A stretch of 64,000 nt of DNA, taken from an uncultured delta proteobacterium (GTDB taxonomy: Bacteria; Desulfobacterota; Syntrophia; Syntrophales; UBA2185). The stretch's first letter is position 1, and every line of letters begins with the position of its first letter. The notes below the pieces were generated by a model. That model did not search any database. It saw only the letters and a list, made by a program, of their open reading frames with translations, and had not been told where the DNA came from. The stretch covers positions 96,001-160,000 of the forward strand of contig CAVSPA010000005.1 in the NCBI GenBank assembly GCA_963729715.1, written 5' to 3'. A program made the translations under genes and the position numbers. Of this stretch, positions 22,301-32,059 are shown piece by piece.

Positions 22301-22430
22301 CAGGATGTTGGAGGGAACTATCAGAAGACTGGAAGCAGAAGTGGAGGCCAAGAAACGTAAACTCGAAGAGAATAGAACCGTAGGAGTTTCCTATGACGAA
22401 ATTGCTGCAGGAATTCTCGAAGTGGCTTAA
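19350..22430 (+). CDS. SNF2-family (RapA/HepA-like) helicase
   Basis: [49 protein letters not shown]. Confidence 0.93.
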   Translation: [1026 protein letters not shown]

Positions 22431-23889
22431 AAAAGTAACAGGCTATGAAGAAAGCACAGGAGAACTTGGATCTGATCCAAAAGCGGAAGTGCAACTGGCA
22501 CAACCTATAAAGACAGAAGCCAGATCACCACTCATTCAAAAAAAGAGAGGAAAAGTCAACATCCAGGTAGGGCTTGATTTTGGCACTAGTGCGACTAAAA
22601 TTATGTATTCCCAACTGGGGCGGCGTGGTACCAAGATTGTAAGATTCAATCATTCACTACCAAATTATCCATCGTTTTGTCTCCCTTCTGTTGCCGCAAT
22701 CAATGACCAAGGCTGTCTTATTCTTGGGATTGAAGCCGCAAATTATCTCCTTAACAAAGAGTGGGATATTGGTTTTCAAAGGTTCAAGGTCATCGTCGCC
22801 GGTAACCATGACCATAACTTCCTTGACCGTGTTTCGAGTGAGAAATTTTATGAATACAGGCAGGCACACAGACTGGATGAAACTTTTACAGCAGAGAGAT
22901 TAACGGCACTTTATCTGGCCGACGTCATGAAAAAGACGAGAAATATTATCAGCGATTATCCTGAATATAGGGATATGGAAATTGACATGGCCTTTAATAT
23001 CTGCATACCCATTGATCACATACAAAATAGCCTGGTCAAATCAGAATTTGAGAAAATATTTCTCTGGGCTGAAAATATTGAGGGCCTTGGAGGGGCAGAA
23101 GATGCTGAATTTGATATTATTGAAGCATCATACCAACTTGAGAATAAACCCCTTGAAAACGAAAGGCGCGTCCATTCTGTTCCCGAAGCTGTGGCCTCTT
23201 TCGCCTCGTATCTTATTTCGTTGCGGCGGCAAGAGGGACTTCACGCGGTGATTGATATGGGTGCAGGAACAACGGACATATCGATTTGCAATCTCAAGGA
23301 TCCATATAATGAATCTATGAGTTATTGGTACGCGGCGCGCAATATTCCTTACGGAACGATAGGGATAGAGCGTTTTATTGCCGGTCAATTAAAAAAAGAA
23401 AAATCGGAATGCACTTGTCATAAAATTTTTAATTGTTTGAACAATATGTCAGGGAATTATAATGAGATGCAGAAAGAAATGGCGAGGAAGCTAAAGCAAT
23501 TCAAAGATTCAAAGGAATATGTCAAAACATGGGGAATGGCATATGGGCATTTGGCAGGGACAAGTCTATGGGAAAAAGTTGAGGTTTTTTTAAGTGGTGG
23601 CGGTGCTTATTTACCGGCTGCGAGGGATATATTTTCAGAACCATGGATTAAATTAACGGAAGGACAATCTGATAGGAAAGTTAAATATAACGTCAGTCCT
23701 CTACCAACCCCAGATGATTTCAATGATGCCGCAACCGGTGCTCCCTTTGGAAGAATGGCAGTAGCCTATGGTCTGACAAGACCGATTCCCGTACTGAGCG
23801 AATATGTTCTTCCAAATGATTCACCTGATCATACGCCAGTCAGGATCAGGAAAGTGCTACCTGATAGAGATGATCTTTATCCGAAATAA
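22393..23889 (+). CDS. Hsp70/actin-fold (ASKHA) ATPase lacking an obvious substrate-binding domain
   Basis: GLDFGTS, PEAVA, IDMGAGTTD, FLSGGGA, AVAYGL; overlaps the helicase gene by 38 nt. Confidence 0.85.
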   Translation: MTKLLQEFSKWLKKVTGYEESTGELGSDPKAEVQLAQPIKTEARSPLIQKKRGKVNIQVGLDFGTSATKIMYSQLGRRGTKIVRFNHSLPNYPSFCLPSVAAINDQGCLILGIEAANYLLNKEWDIGFQRFKVIVAGNHDHNFLDRVSSEKFYEYRQAHRLDETFTAERLTALYLADVMKKTRNIISDYPEYRDMEIDMAFNICIPIDHIQNSLVKSEFEKIFLWAENIEGLGGAEDAEFDIIEASYQLENKPLENERRVHSVPEAVASFASYLISLRRQEGLHAVIDMGAGTTDISICNLKDPYNESMSYWYAARNIPYGTIGIERFIAGQLKKEKSECTCHKIFNCLNNMSGNYNEMQKEMARKLKQFKDSKEYVKTWGMAYGHLAGTSLWEKVEVFLSGGGAYLPAARDIFSEPWIKLTEGQSDRKVKYNVSPLPTPDDFNDAATGAPFGRMAVAYGLTRPIPVLSEYVLPNDSPDHTPVRIRKVLPDRDDLYPK

Positions 23890-24220
23890 AGGGTCTGCAA
23901 AATGAGACTTGGTGATGTCGTCAATTACTGGCGCATTTCATTTTTCCTTTGATCACTCCGCGTATAGCGGAGGGAAAGCTGCTACACAAGCGCATCTGCC
24001 ACGAATCGCTACTTCAATAATGGATATCCTCTTGGTAGAATCAAGGGTGTTGATAAATAGGCGTAACACACACAATCAAATATCCATGAAAAACGAATAT
24101 CTTTAAGAAAATGCATATTCTCTTAAATATATCATTTTAGGCCTTTAGAATATTGTTTCTTGGTGTAATCCGCAACCAAGGTATTCCAGCTCGCCTGATG
24201 AACTTAAAGGGAAGACATAA

Positions 24221-26050
24221 ATGAACGTGCTTAATCGTATCTTCTCTCGCATACTTGCAATAGTATCACGTGAAAAAGCCGAATCCACTGCAATCATAAA
24301 GTATCCATCTAAGGAACAACTAAAGACTAGGAATCATGAAATCGACGATAAAGATACCATAAAGGTGGCAAGTGCTCGCATTGTGTCAATGCCATTTCTG
24401 CCGTACGGCAGGAGAGATGATAAACAGTGCGACCATTCCAAGGAATATTGGAAGGCATACAACCAAGGATATTCATATTATAACCGTGGGTGGTATTCCA
24501 ATGCTAAAGAGATCTTGTTGACCATCTACAATGAAAATCATTCGTCAGGAGCATACTATACTCATCTTCTCAGGACATATAGAAAGCTTTCCTCGAAATA
24601 TATCGAGAAGAAGAAGTATAAGGAAGCTCTTTCGGCAATGGACGAGATGTTCTCTAAATGCCCAAACACAACAACAACGGACATTAGGAGCTACAATAAA
24701 ATCGTTGATATACTTAACGAAAAAGATAGCGGTGCTGGACTCTCGAAGAAAGAAATAGTTAAAGATACTAAACCTGATTGTATTATCGAGTCACAGTTTA
24801 TATCATTAGTTCAGACGGAGAAGAAACCGAAAGGATTCAAATCGTCACAAACTTCCGGTGATGATATTCTAAGGCTCCAAAATAGATCGCATCTGTTACC
24901 AACAAATCTTCCTCATATCAATTTTTCAAGAGGATCTATTGAGTACTTAAGTGCCTCCTCAATCCCATTTATCAGTGACGATTTGTACAGATTTAATGAA
25001 GCGCCTGATCGTAGTTGCTTTGTAAGCGCGACAAGAGACCTCTCGATTAAACTTTATGACTGGGATCTAATTTTGCAGAAGAGTTTCGATGCACGAACAT
25101 ATTGTAATGCACACTATAGCCTGAGAGACTTATCTATATCGCCCGATCTTTCACTTGTAGCATTTGTGTCGGAATCAAGGGCGTTTGTCTTGGATCACGA
25201 TTTCAGAGTAATTTCCAGATTAGGAACGCTCCCGAAAGAAGGATGGAAAAGAATAAGCAAGAATAAACCTAATGTCGAAGAGATCTTTTCTCGCCACTTA
25301 CGGATACTTGGAATCACTCAATCGAATCCCACTACCAATGAAATAAAATCGGCGTACCGAAGACTGGCTTTTGTATACCATCCAGATAAGAACCCTGATG
25401 GACCAAAGGCCACTGAGAGGTTCCAAGAGATAACTGCAGCCTATGAAGTTTTGACCAATGAAGATGCTAGGCGTGCTTTCGCGGGGTTGGATGATGAGGA
25501 AGAGTGGATACAAGTGCTCGATACCTTGAAGTTCGAGGCAGGTGGTGTGACATTTTCAGTAGAAATTTCTCTTGGCGGTGATGGTCGGGATTGGATTTAC
25601 GCTCTGGGGTTCACACCGGACTCAAAGCGGCTTTATCTCGGTTGCTACTCTGGGAAGGTGTACAGAGTGAGTCTTGATGGATGTGCAGATATAATCTATA
25701 CAATTCCGGAAGATAAAGAAAGTATCTACGGCGCAAGTAATCCGATTGATATGATCTTTCACGACAATGGATGTCTCTATATTGCTACTCATTGGTACCT
25801 CTATATTCTGAGAGGTGACGATGTCGTCGCATGCATGCAACGTCAAAGAGGAACGTACAAATGGTTCAAGGGGGGGTTCCTTTTTTATCAGGGTAATGCT
25901 TTGAATATTTTGTCCCCTAATGGTGAAAGCTTTGGAACTATTCAGTTCAAGAATAACATAAGAAACATAGCGTCCACGGATGATCTTCTCCTGGTGGAGA
26001 CCGGACTGAAATCTTTTTTGTTCCAAATGCATAAGATCGTTACACAGTAG
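24221..26050 (+). CDS. J-domain protein (TPR-like N-terminus; J-domain flanked by beta-propeller-like repeats)
   Basis: EIKSAYRRLAFVYHPDKNP...FQEITAAYEVL; WD-like SISPDLS and LGFTPDSKRLYLG segments. Confidence 0.85.
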   Translation: MNVLNRIFSRILAIVSREKAESTAIIKYPSKEQLKTRNHEIDDKDTIKVASARIVSMPFLPYGRRDDKQCDHSKEYWKAYNQGYSYYNRGWYSNAKEILLTIYNENHSSGAYYTHLLRTYRKLSSKYIEKKKYKEALSAMDEMFSKCPNTTTTDIRSYNKIVDILNEKDSGAGLSKKEIVKDTKPDCIIESQFISLVQTEKKPKGFKSSQTSGDDILRLQNRSHLLPTNLPHINFSRGSIEYLSASSIPFISDDLYRFNEAPDRSCFVSATRDLSIKLYDWDLILQKSFDARTYCNAHYSLRDLSISPDLSLVAFVSESRAFVLDHDFRVISRLGTLPKEGWKRISKNKPNVEEIFSRHLRILGITQSNPTTNEIKSAYRRLAFVYHPDKNPDGPKATERFQEITAAYEVLTNEDARRAFAGLDDEEEWIQVLDTLKFEAGGVTFSVEISLGGDGRDWIYALGFTPDSKRLYLGCYSGKVYRVSLDGCADIIYTIPEDKESIYGASNPIDMIFHDNGCLYIATHWYLYILRGDDVVACMQRQRGTYKWFKGGFLFYQGNALNILSPNGESFGTIQFKNNIRNIASTDDLLLVETGLKSFLFQMHKIVTQ

Positions 26051-27016
26051 CAGTGAAAAAGGCGTTAGCCAAAACAAGATATTTACATATGATACACAAT
26101 GCGTCTTCTTTTTCATGTCTAGGGAGGTGTTCTGAATGAAGATCAAGTCTTTAAGAATTAGGAATTTTAAAACGTTTGACGCTGAAGGCATTTCATTAAC
26201 TCTTATGGATTTAACAACATTTGTTGGAGAAAATAGCACCGGAAAATCGAACATCCTCGAGGCTCTCGATTTATTTTTTAATTTTAGCTCGACGAAAGTC
26301 TCAAAAGAATCATTTCACCATGATGACAATACGAAAGAAATATCAATCGAAATTGAATTTGGAGCGCTATCTGATCTGGAGAAAAAGAGATTCAAAATCC
26401 ATCTTAATGAAAAAAAAGAATTGGAAATAAAACAGATAATAAAATTGAGTTCTGAGGGAGCGGATGAGGATGATTCCAAGATAAAATATCAGGAGAGCAA
26501 GCATGGAACGAGATGGGAAGCAAACTCAGAATGGGCTAGATTAAGCCCAAAGCCGCCAAAGAAGACGGATATCAAATCTTGGTGGAAACAGGATTTGAAA
26601 ATAGGAGATTTTGATTTCAAAAGCCTATTTGAAAGAAAGGAAGGTGACCCTGATCCAGGAATCTACCAGGAAAAGCTTGAACAACTATGGGATGAGCATT
26701 TCGATAATATCCCGAAGCAAAAGAAAACCGAAGATGAAAAAGTTCTTGGCTGGAAAAATATATTGAAAGGGAATCTTCCAAAATATTTTTTTATCCCCGC
26801 AGTAAAGGATGTAAATGAGGACCTGAAAGTACTCAAAACCAATCCATTTGGAGAAATAATAGCTTGGCTCACTCAAAATATCACTGCTGAGATAGAAAAA
26901 GATTTTAAAACAAAAACTGAAGGAATTTTTAACGATGTGATGAAAACAGTTGATAAAGTGTCAGCGGTCGGATTAAAACCAGCCAGGGGGGGTCGGTTTA
27001 AACCCAGCCAGTTTTG

Positions 27017-27796
27017 TTATGAGTTTTCTTTACCATTTTCGCCTTGTGGATTGCAATCTTTGTTGCGCAGCCGGTAGCTTTTACCGACAATCTGAATAAT
27101 GTCGGCACGGCTGAGAAACCGGTCGAGAATAGCCGTGGCCGTGGGAACATCGCCGATCAGTTTTCCCCATTCATCCAGGGGTCGGTTGGAGGTCATGATC
27201 GTTGATCGTAATTCATACCGGCGCATGATGATCTCGAACAAGTACTCGCCAGCCTGCTTCGGCAGTTTTTTGAGTCCCATATCGTCGATGATGAGCAGGT
27301 CAGGCTTGAGATACTTGCGCAAGACCTTGGCACTCTCGTTCAACGCCTCGGCCTGATTCAGGTCACCCACGGTGTCAAAAATGGAACGGTACAGAACCAT
27401 ATATCCCATCTTTGCCGCCTGATGGCCTATGGCCTGGGCAAGGTGGGATTTACCGACCCCTGGAGGACCAGTGAACAGGATGTCCCTTTGTTCCCGGATA
27501 AACCGGCACGTGGCAAGCTCCATGATCTGCCTGCGTATTATGGACCGGTTGAAGGAGAAGTCGAAGTCCTCGATACTTCTTAACTCACGGAACTTCGAGG
27601 CGATCACCCTGCGTGCAATGGCCCTGTCCTCCCGGATGGCGATCTCATCGTTGACGATCAGTTCCAGGAACTCGGCGCAGCTGAGTTGATTGCCCGCCGC
27701 TTCCTGCAGTCGCACTTCCAGTGTGGACAGAAGTCCGGAGAGTTTAAGACGTTTCAGAGCGGATTTAAGTTGTGGATTCATCTTCATTCCTTTCAT
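27017..27796 (-). CDS. istB: IS21 helper ATPase
   Basis: GPPGVGKSH, LLIIDDMG, TSNRP, AILDR. Confidence 0.95.
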   Translation of the reverse strand: MKGMKMNPQLKSALKRLKLSGLLSTLEVRLQEAAGNQLSCAEFLELIVNDEIAIREDRAIARRVIASKFRELRSIEDFDFSFNRSIIRRQIMELATCRFIREQRDILFTGPPGVGKSHLAQAIGHQAAKMGYMVLYRSIFDTVGDLNQAEALNESAKVLRKYLKPDLLIIDDMGLKKLPKQAGEYLFEIIMRRYELRSTIMTSNRPLDEWGKLIGDVPTATAILDRFLSRADIIQIVGKSYRLRNKDCNPQGENGKENS

Positions 27797-29372
27797 CGAT
27801 GGCTTTGAACGATACGGTCATAAAATGCTGATACTCCGTCAAGGGGCGGATGATCTCGTGTTCTTCTGCGAAATCGGGTTCTGTCTGATCCGTGCGCTTG
27901 ATCAGTTCGCGCAACGGGCGAAGCCGGAACATGTGGGCGGAAAGAGCGGTCTTGCTGGCTCGATTGATGGCCGGGGCCGGATATTTCTTTGCCAGACCGA
28001 CAAAGCCCAGCAACACCCGGACTCCTTCGATTCCGCGTTCTTTGAGCATGGCCCTGGCCCATTCGGCTGCATGATAGCCGATCCGGCTCGCCCGGGATAA
28101 CAGGTGCTCCACGCCACGCTCTACAGCCGATATCTTCTCGTCGGCGAGATGTACACGGCTGGTGTTGAACCGACCCGGAGCGACCCTGGAATGCACCGCG
28201 ATCTGCTCGAACCGCCCGTTGAACACCCGAACCAAACGGGAGTCCCAGCGGACCCATACTTCCCGGCCCAGGTACTCCGGCGGGACAGAGTAATAACCTT
28301 TGGCCACTTCCACATGGCCGTCACGATGTACCTGGCGCTTGCCCTCGTGGTAAAAGGGAAAGGGCTCCAAGGGTAGCGGCTGCAACGCAGCCTGCTCCTC
28401 TTTGAACATCCGGCGAACCTGTTTCTTCGTCGTGCCGTGGATCCGGGTGTCCGCCACGTTCGTCTCCCACTCGGCAAGGAAGCTCTTCTCTTCAGCCAGA
28501 GAAGAAAATATTCTGCCTTTGAGGGCGTTGTTCTTTACATATTTGATCCCGCTCTCGATCTTGCCCTTGTGCCGTGGCGTATATGGTTTTGTGGGAAGAA
28601 TGACGCATCCATAATATCTGGCAAACTCCACCACTTTCGGGTTGAGATCGGGATCGAACCAGTCGGCGTTCTTCACCGCGGCCTTCAGATTATCGATCAC
28701 CATGGTTTTCGTGACCCCTCCAAAATGCCGGAAGGCGTTCTCTATGGCGCGGATGAAATCCTCCGTGGTTTGTCTGAAGACCGGCTCAGAGTAGCTCTTG
28801 CGGGAGTGGGAAAGCGTAACGCGAAGCACGTGGGATCGGCGCTTCTTCCCCCCCTCGATGATCCATGCACCTGAGCCGAAATCAACCTGGACCTCGGCAC
28901 CGGGATCCGATTCCATGCGGCGGAAAGGTAAGGGTGTAGATGCGCCGAGCTTTTGTACAAACCGTTTGACCGATGAGTACGAGCCTGTGAAACCGTGTTC
29001 GGAAGTTACGTCCTGGAGGATACGCTGGGCGGACAGGCCTTGTTCCAGCTTGGCCTTGACGACATCTCGGAACGACTCACACTCGCTGGGTCTGCCAGGA
29101 GACCGCCCCGAAGACGGGAAGAACAGATTCGCAAGTAATCCCCCCTCGGACCCGGCGGTCGAAATGGCTGGGTTTGGCATGTCTGGACAACCAGAGCCGG
29201 GGGCCACAATGGCGGGTTTTGACTCCCGATTACGCCGTAACCTGTCATAACGGGCAACCGTCTCCCGGTCCACACCCAACTCGCGGGCAATGCGCCGGTG
29301 CGGCCATTTCTTTTCAAGTAAGCCTATGATTGCGTGTATTTTAGCCATTTTCAGTATGTTTGCCATGTACAC
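27765..29372 (-). CDS. istA: IS21 transposase
   Basis: QVDFG, IDNLKAAV, PRHKGKIE, YSVP. Confidence 0.95.
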   Translation of the reverse strand: MYMANILKMAKIHAIIGLLEKKWPHRRIARELGVDRETVARYDRLRRNRESKPAIVAPGSGCPDMPNPAISTAGSEGGLLANLFFPSSGRSPGRPSECESFRDVVKAKLEQGLSAQRILQDVTSEHGFTGSYSSVKRFVQKLGASTPLPFRRMESDPGAEVQVDFGSGAWIIEGGKKRRSHVLRVTLSHSRKSYSEPVFRQTTEDFIRAIENAFRHFGGVTKTMVIDNLKAAVKNADWFDPDLNPKVVEFARYYGCVILPTKPYTPRHKGKIESGIKYVKNNALKGRIFSSLAEEKSFLAEWETNVADTRIHGTTKKQVRRMFKEEQAALQPLPLEPFPFYHEGKRQVHRDGHVEVAKGYYSVPPEYLGREVWVRWDSRLVRVFNGRFEQIAVHSRVAPGRFNTSRVHLADEKISAVERGVEHLLSRASRIGYHAAEWARAMLKERGIEGVRVLLGFVGLAKKYPAPAINRASKTALSAHMFRLRPLRELIKRTDQTEPDFAEEHEIIRPLTEYQHFMTVSFKAIDERNEDESTT

Positions 29373-30796
29373 CTCCTTCTTAAGGAGGCATACAATATTC
29401 GCAACATCCTTTAAATGGCTGGGTTTGATTCGACCCTAAGTGGCTGGTTTTGACCGACCGCTAACAATAAAGATATTAATGGTAAATCGAAGATTGCTTT
29501 TTTAAATGAACAATTAAATGCTAATCTTGGGGTTAATTTGGAATGCAAGCTGGAATTGAAATTTGGTATACCCCTGATGTCAGAAATTATTTTCCCCTCT
29601 CCTCAGTTATATGCTGACGACGGTTATTATTCGTTAGTTGATTTAAAAGGAAATGGTCTTCAGAGGTTATGCATTATTTCTCTTTTAAGGACATATAATG
29701 ATATAAAGAGACGTACAGAAAATGTAGAACGTAACGTTATAATTGGGATCGAAGAACCAGAAATATATTTACACCCACCGGTTAAGAGAGCAACTTACAA
29801 ATTATTGCGATCATTATCTCAAAGAAGAGATCAGATTATTTATTCAACTCACGACAGTTATTTTGTGTCTGTGGAACATTTTGATGAGTTAAGACTATTT
29901 AAGAAATTGAAAGTGGAAAAGCCAGTAACAAAAATTTATGAATTTGGTATTGATGAATTGGTTAAGTACTATGAAACATGCCATAAGAAAACCGTGGACG
30001 AAAAGAGTCTGAGACACAGATTTGCTCACATCTGCGATGAAACAAAAAATGAAGGCTTTTTTGCTAATAAAATAGTTTTGATTGAAGGTGATACGGAAAA
30101 ATATGCCTTACCAATTTATTTTAATCATGCTGGCTTTGATGTAGATAATGAAAGAGTAGCGATAATATCAGCAGGATCTGTCGATAATATCAGTTACTTA
30201 TATGCTATTTTTAATGAATTCCATGTGCCTTGCTTCGTAATATTTGATGGGGATAAACCAAAAATTGACTTTGAGGAATTAAAGAAAAAGGAAAACGAAA
30301 AAAAGCGAGAGGAGATATTAGGAAAGAGTCGGAGGAATAAGGAGTTATTAGGATTTGTGGGCGAAACATTTGATGAAAAAACTGAATACCTTTTCCCTCC
30401 AACTACGATAAAAGAAAAATATGCTGTTTGGGAAAAAGATTTTGAGGAAACCTTTCACAGGTCTGTCGATATTTATGAGAACATAAAAGGCGAAGCGACT
30501 AAATTATACGGAACGACGAGCAAGCCTCTGGCGGGCAGGTATTTTGCATCCGAATTAGTGGCAAAATATCCAGGTAAGATAAGTCCATATGTAAATGAAT
30601 TAATCAAAAATATAAAATCATGTATATGGACTAATTCATGCCTTATGAAATAAAGAACGGCTCGGTTGTAATATCGTAATTAGTGCGTCTATCTTTTCTA
30701 GGCTGCGTACGTATAGTAGTATTTAGAGTAGTTGTGACGTTCTTTTCTTATGGAATAAAATCAAATGGTGAAGGTTGTGCCTAAGAGGAGGAACTG

Positions 30797-32059
30797 ATGA
30801 AATTCATTCATGCCGCGGATATCCACCTCGATAGCCCACTGATCGGGCTCCAGAAATACGATGGAGCTCCAGTTGAGGAGATTAGGATTGCATCCAGACG
30901 GGCGTTCCAAAACCTCGTGGAACTTGCAGTGTCAGAGAAAGCCTATTTCATCCTGATTGCAGGCGACCTGTATGACGGTGATTGGAAGGATTACAACACG
31001 GGCCTTTTTCTCTCGTCGCAGATGTCCAGGCTACGAGAGGAGGGTATTAAAGTCTTCATAATCGCTGGGAATCATGATGCTGCAAGCCAAATCACAAAGC
31101 ATCTCAGGATGCCTGATAACGTAAAAAACCTATCAGTCAAAAGCACCGAAACAGTGATACTTGATGAACTGGGTGTAGCAATCCATGGCCGGGGATATTA
31201 TGCCCGCGCGATCATCGAGGATTTGGTCGCTGGATATCCTCAAGCGTTGCCGCACTATCTCAACATCGGCTTACTCCACACAAGTCTAGATGGTCGTGAA
31301 GGCCACGAACCCTATGCCCCCACAACAATCCAGAGTCTTCTGTCGAAAGGTTATGACTACTGGGCACTTGGGCATGTACATAAACGCGAAGTCGTCTGTA
31401 AGGAACCCTGGGTCATATTCCCTGGGAATATTCAAGGACGCCACGTAAGAGAGGTAGGGCCAAAGGGTTGTACGCTCGTTTCCGTAGATGATGCTCACAT
31501 TGCTTGTACCGAACACAGGGATCTCGATGTTATGCGTTGGATAGTCATCTTCATGGATGCAAGACAAATATCTAGCGTAGAAGACCTCAGAGAACAGGTC
31601 TCTGATAATCTGACCCGAGCAATTATGGAAAACCATGGGATTCCATTGGCCATGCGTCTTGAGATCACAGGCCCATCGAAGGTACACCGTGAACTGTTGG
31701 CTGACCCCGATCACTGGAAGAATGAAATCAGGGCTGTTGCAACAGATGTTAGCGGTGGTACTATATGGATTGAGAAAATCAGGGTCAATACAAGCGATAT
31801 GCTCGATTTCGATAGCATTGCAGCAAAGAGTGATGCAATCGGGGAACTGATGAAATCTATGGATGACCTGTCAAACAATGATAGTCTCTTGCAAGCAGCG
31901 GTTGAAACATTGAAAGACCTTAACCAGCGATTACCGCATGAATTGAAGACGGGTGACGATGCCCTCAATCTGGAAGACCCAGCAATCATTAAAAATTCAG
32001 TCGAGAGAGTCCGCCAATATGTTATGAGCCGCATTTTATCTAAGGGGACTGAATTATGA
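30797..32059 (+). CDS. Mre11/SbcD-like (YhaO-like) metallophosphoesterase nuclease
   Basis: ADIHLD, AGDLYD, GNHD, LGHVH, PGNIQGRH. Confidence 0.93.
   Translation: MKFIHAADIHLDSPLIGLQKYDGAPVEEIRIASRRAFQNLVELAVSEKAYFILIAGDLYDGDWKDYNTGLFLSSQMSRLREEGIKVFIIAGNHDAASQITKHLRMPDNVKNLSVKSTETVILDELGVAIHGRGYYARAIIEDLVAGYPQALPHYLNIGLLHTSLDGREGHEPYAPTTIQSLLSKGYDYWALGHVHKREVVCKEPWVIFPGNIQGRHVREVGPKGCTLVSVDDAHIACTEHRDLDVMRWIVIFMDARQISSVEDLREQVSDNLTRAIMENHGIPLAMRLEITGPSKVHRELLADPDHWKNEIRAVATDVSGGTIWIEKIRVNTSDMLDFDSIAAKSDAIGELMKSMDDLSNNDSLLQAAVETLKDLNQRLPHELKTGDDALNLEDPAIIKNSVERVRQYVMSRILSKGTEL

Larger units (their letters stand above)
26959..29466 (-). mobile_element. IS21-family element, 6-bp TSD ATAAAG
   Basis: Ends TGTCAGCGGTCGG... 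and ...CCGACCGCTAACA; ATAAAG at 26953-26958 and 29467-29472. Confidence 0.95.
26136..30653 (+). pseudogene. OLD-family ATP-dependent nuclease (ABC ATPase + TOPRIM) interrupted by IS21
   Basis: GENSTGKS in the 5' part; IEEPEIYLHP, STH, LIEGDTE, FDGD in the 3' part. Removing the IS and one ATAAAG copy restores a 667-aa frame (VDK-DINGK). Confidence 0.92.

Noticed and set aside
19350..23889. DISARM, Zorya or BREX assignment
   Set aside because: No DrmA/B-, ZorA/B- or PglZ-like partner genes are recognisable nearby.
22393..26050. Housekeeping dnaK-dnaJ operon
   Set aside because: The ATPase lacks a substrate-binding domain, the J-domain is internal with no Zn finger, and grpE is absent.
26136..27077. 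Independent 313-aa ATPase and separate 371-aa ORF at 29538
   Set aside because: They are halves of one gene split by IS21; the 313-aa C-terminus is IS read-through.
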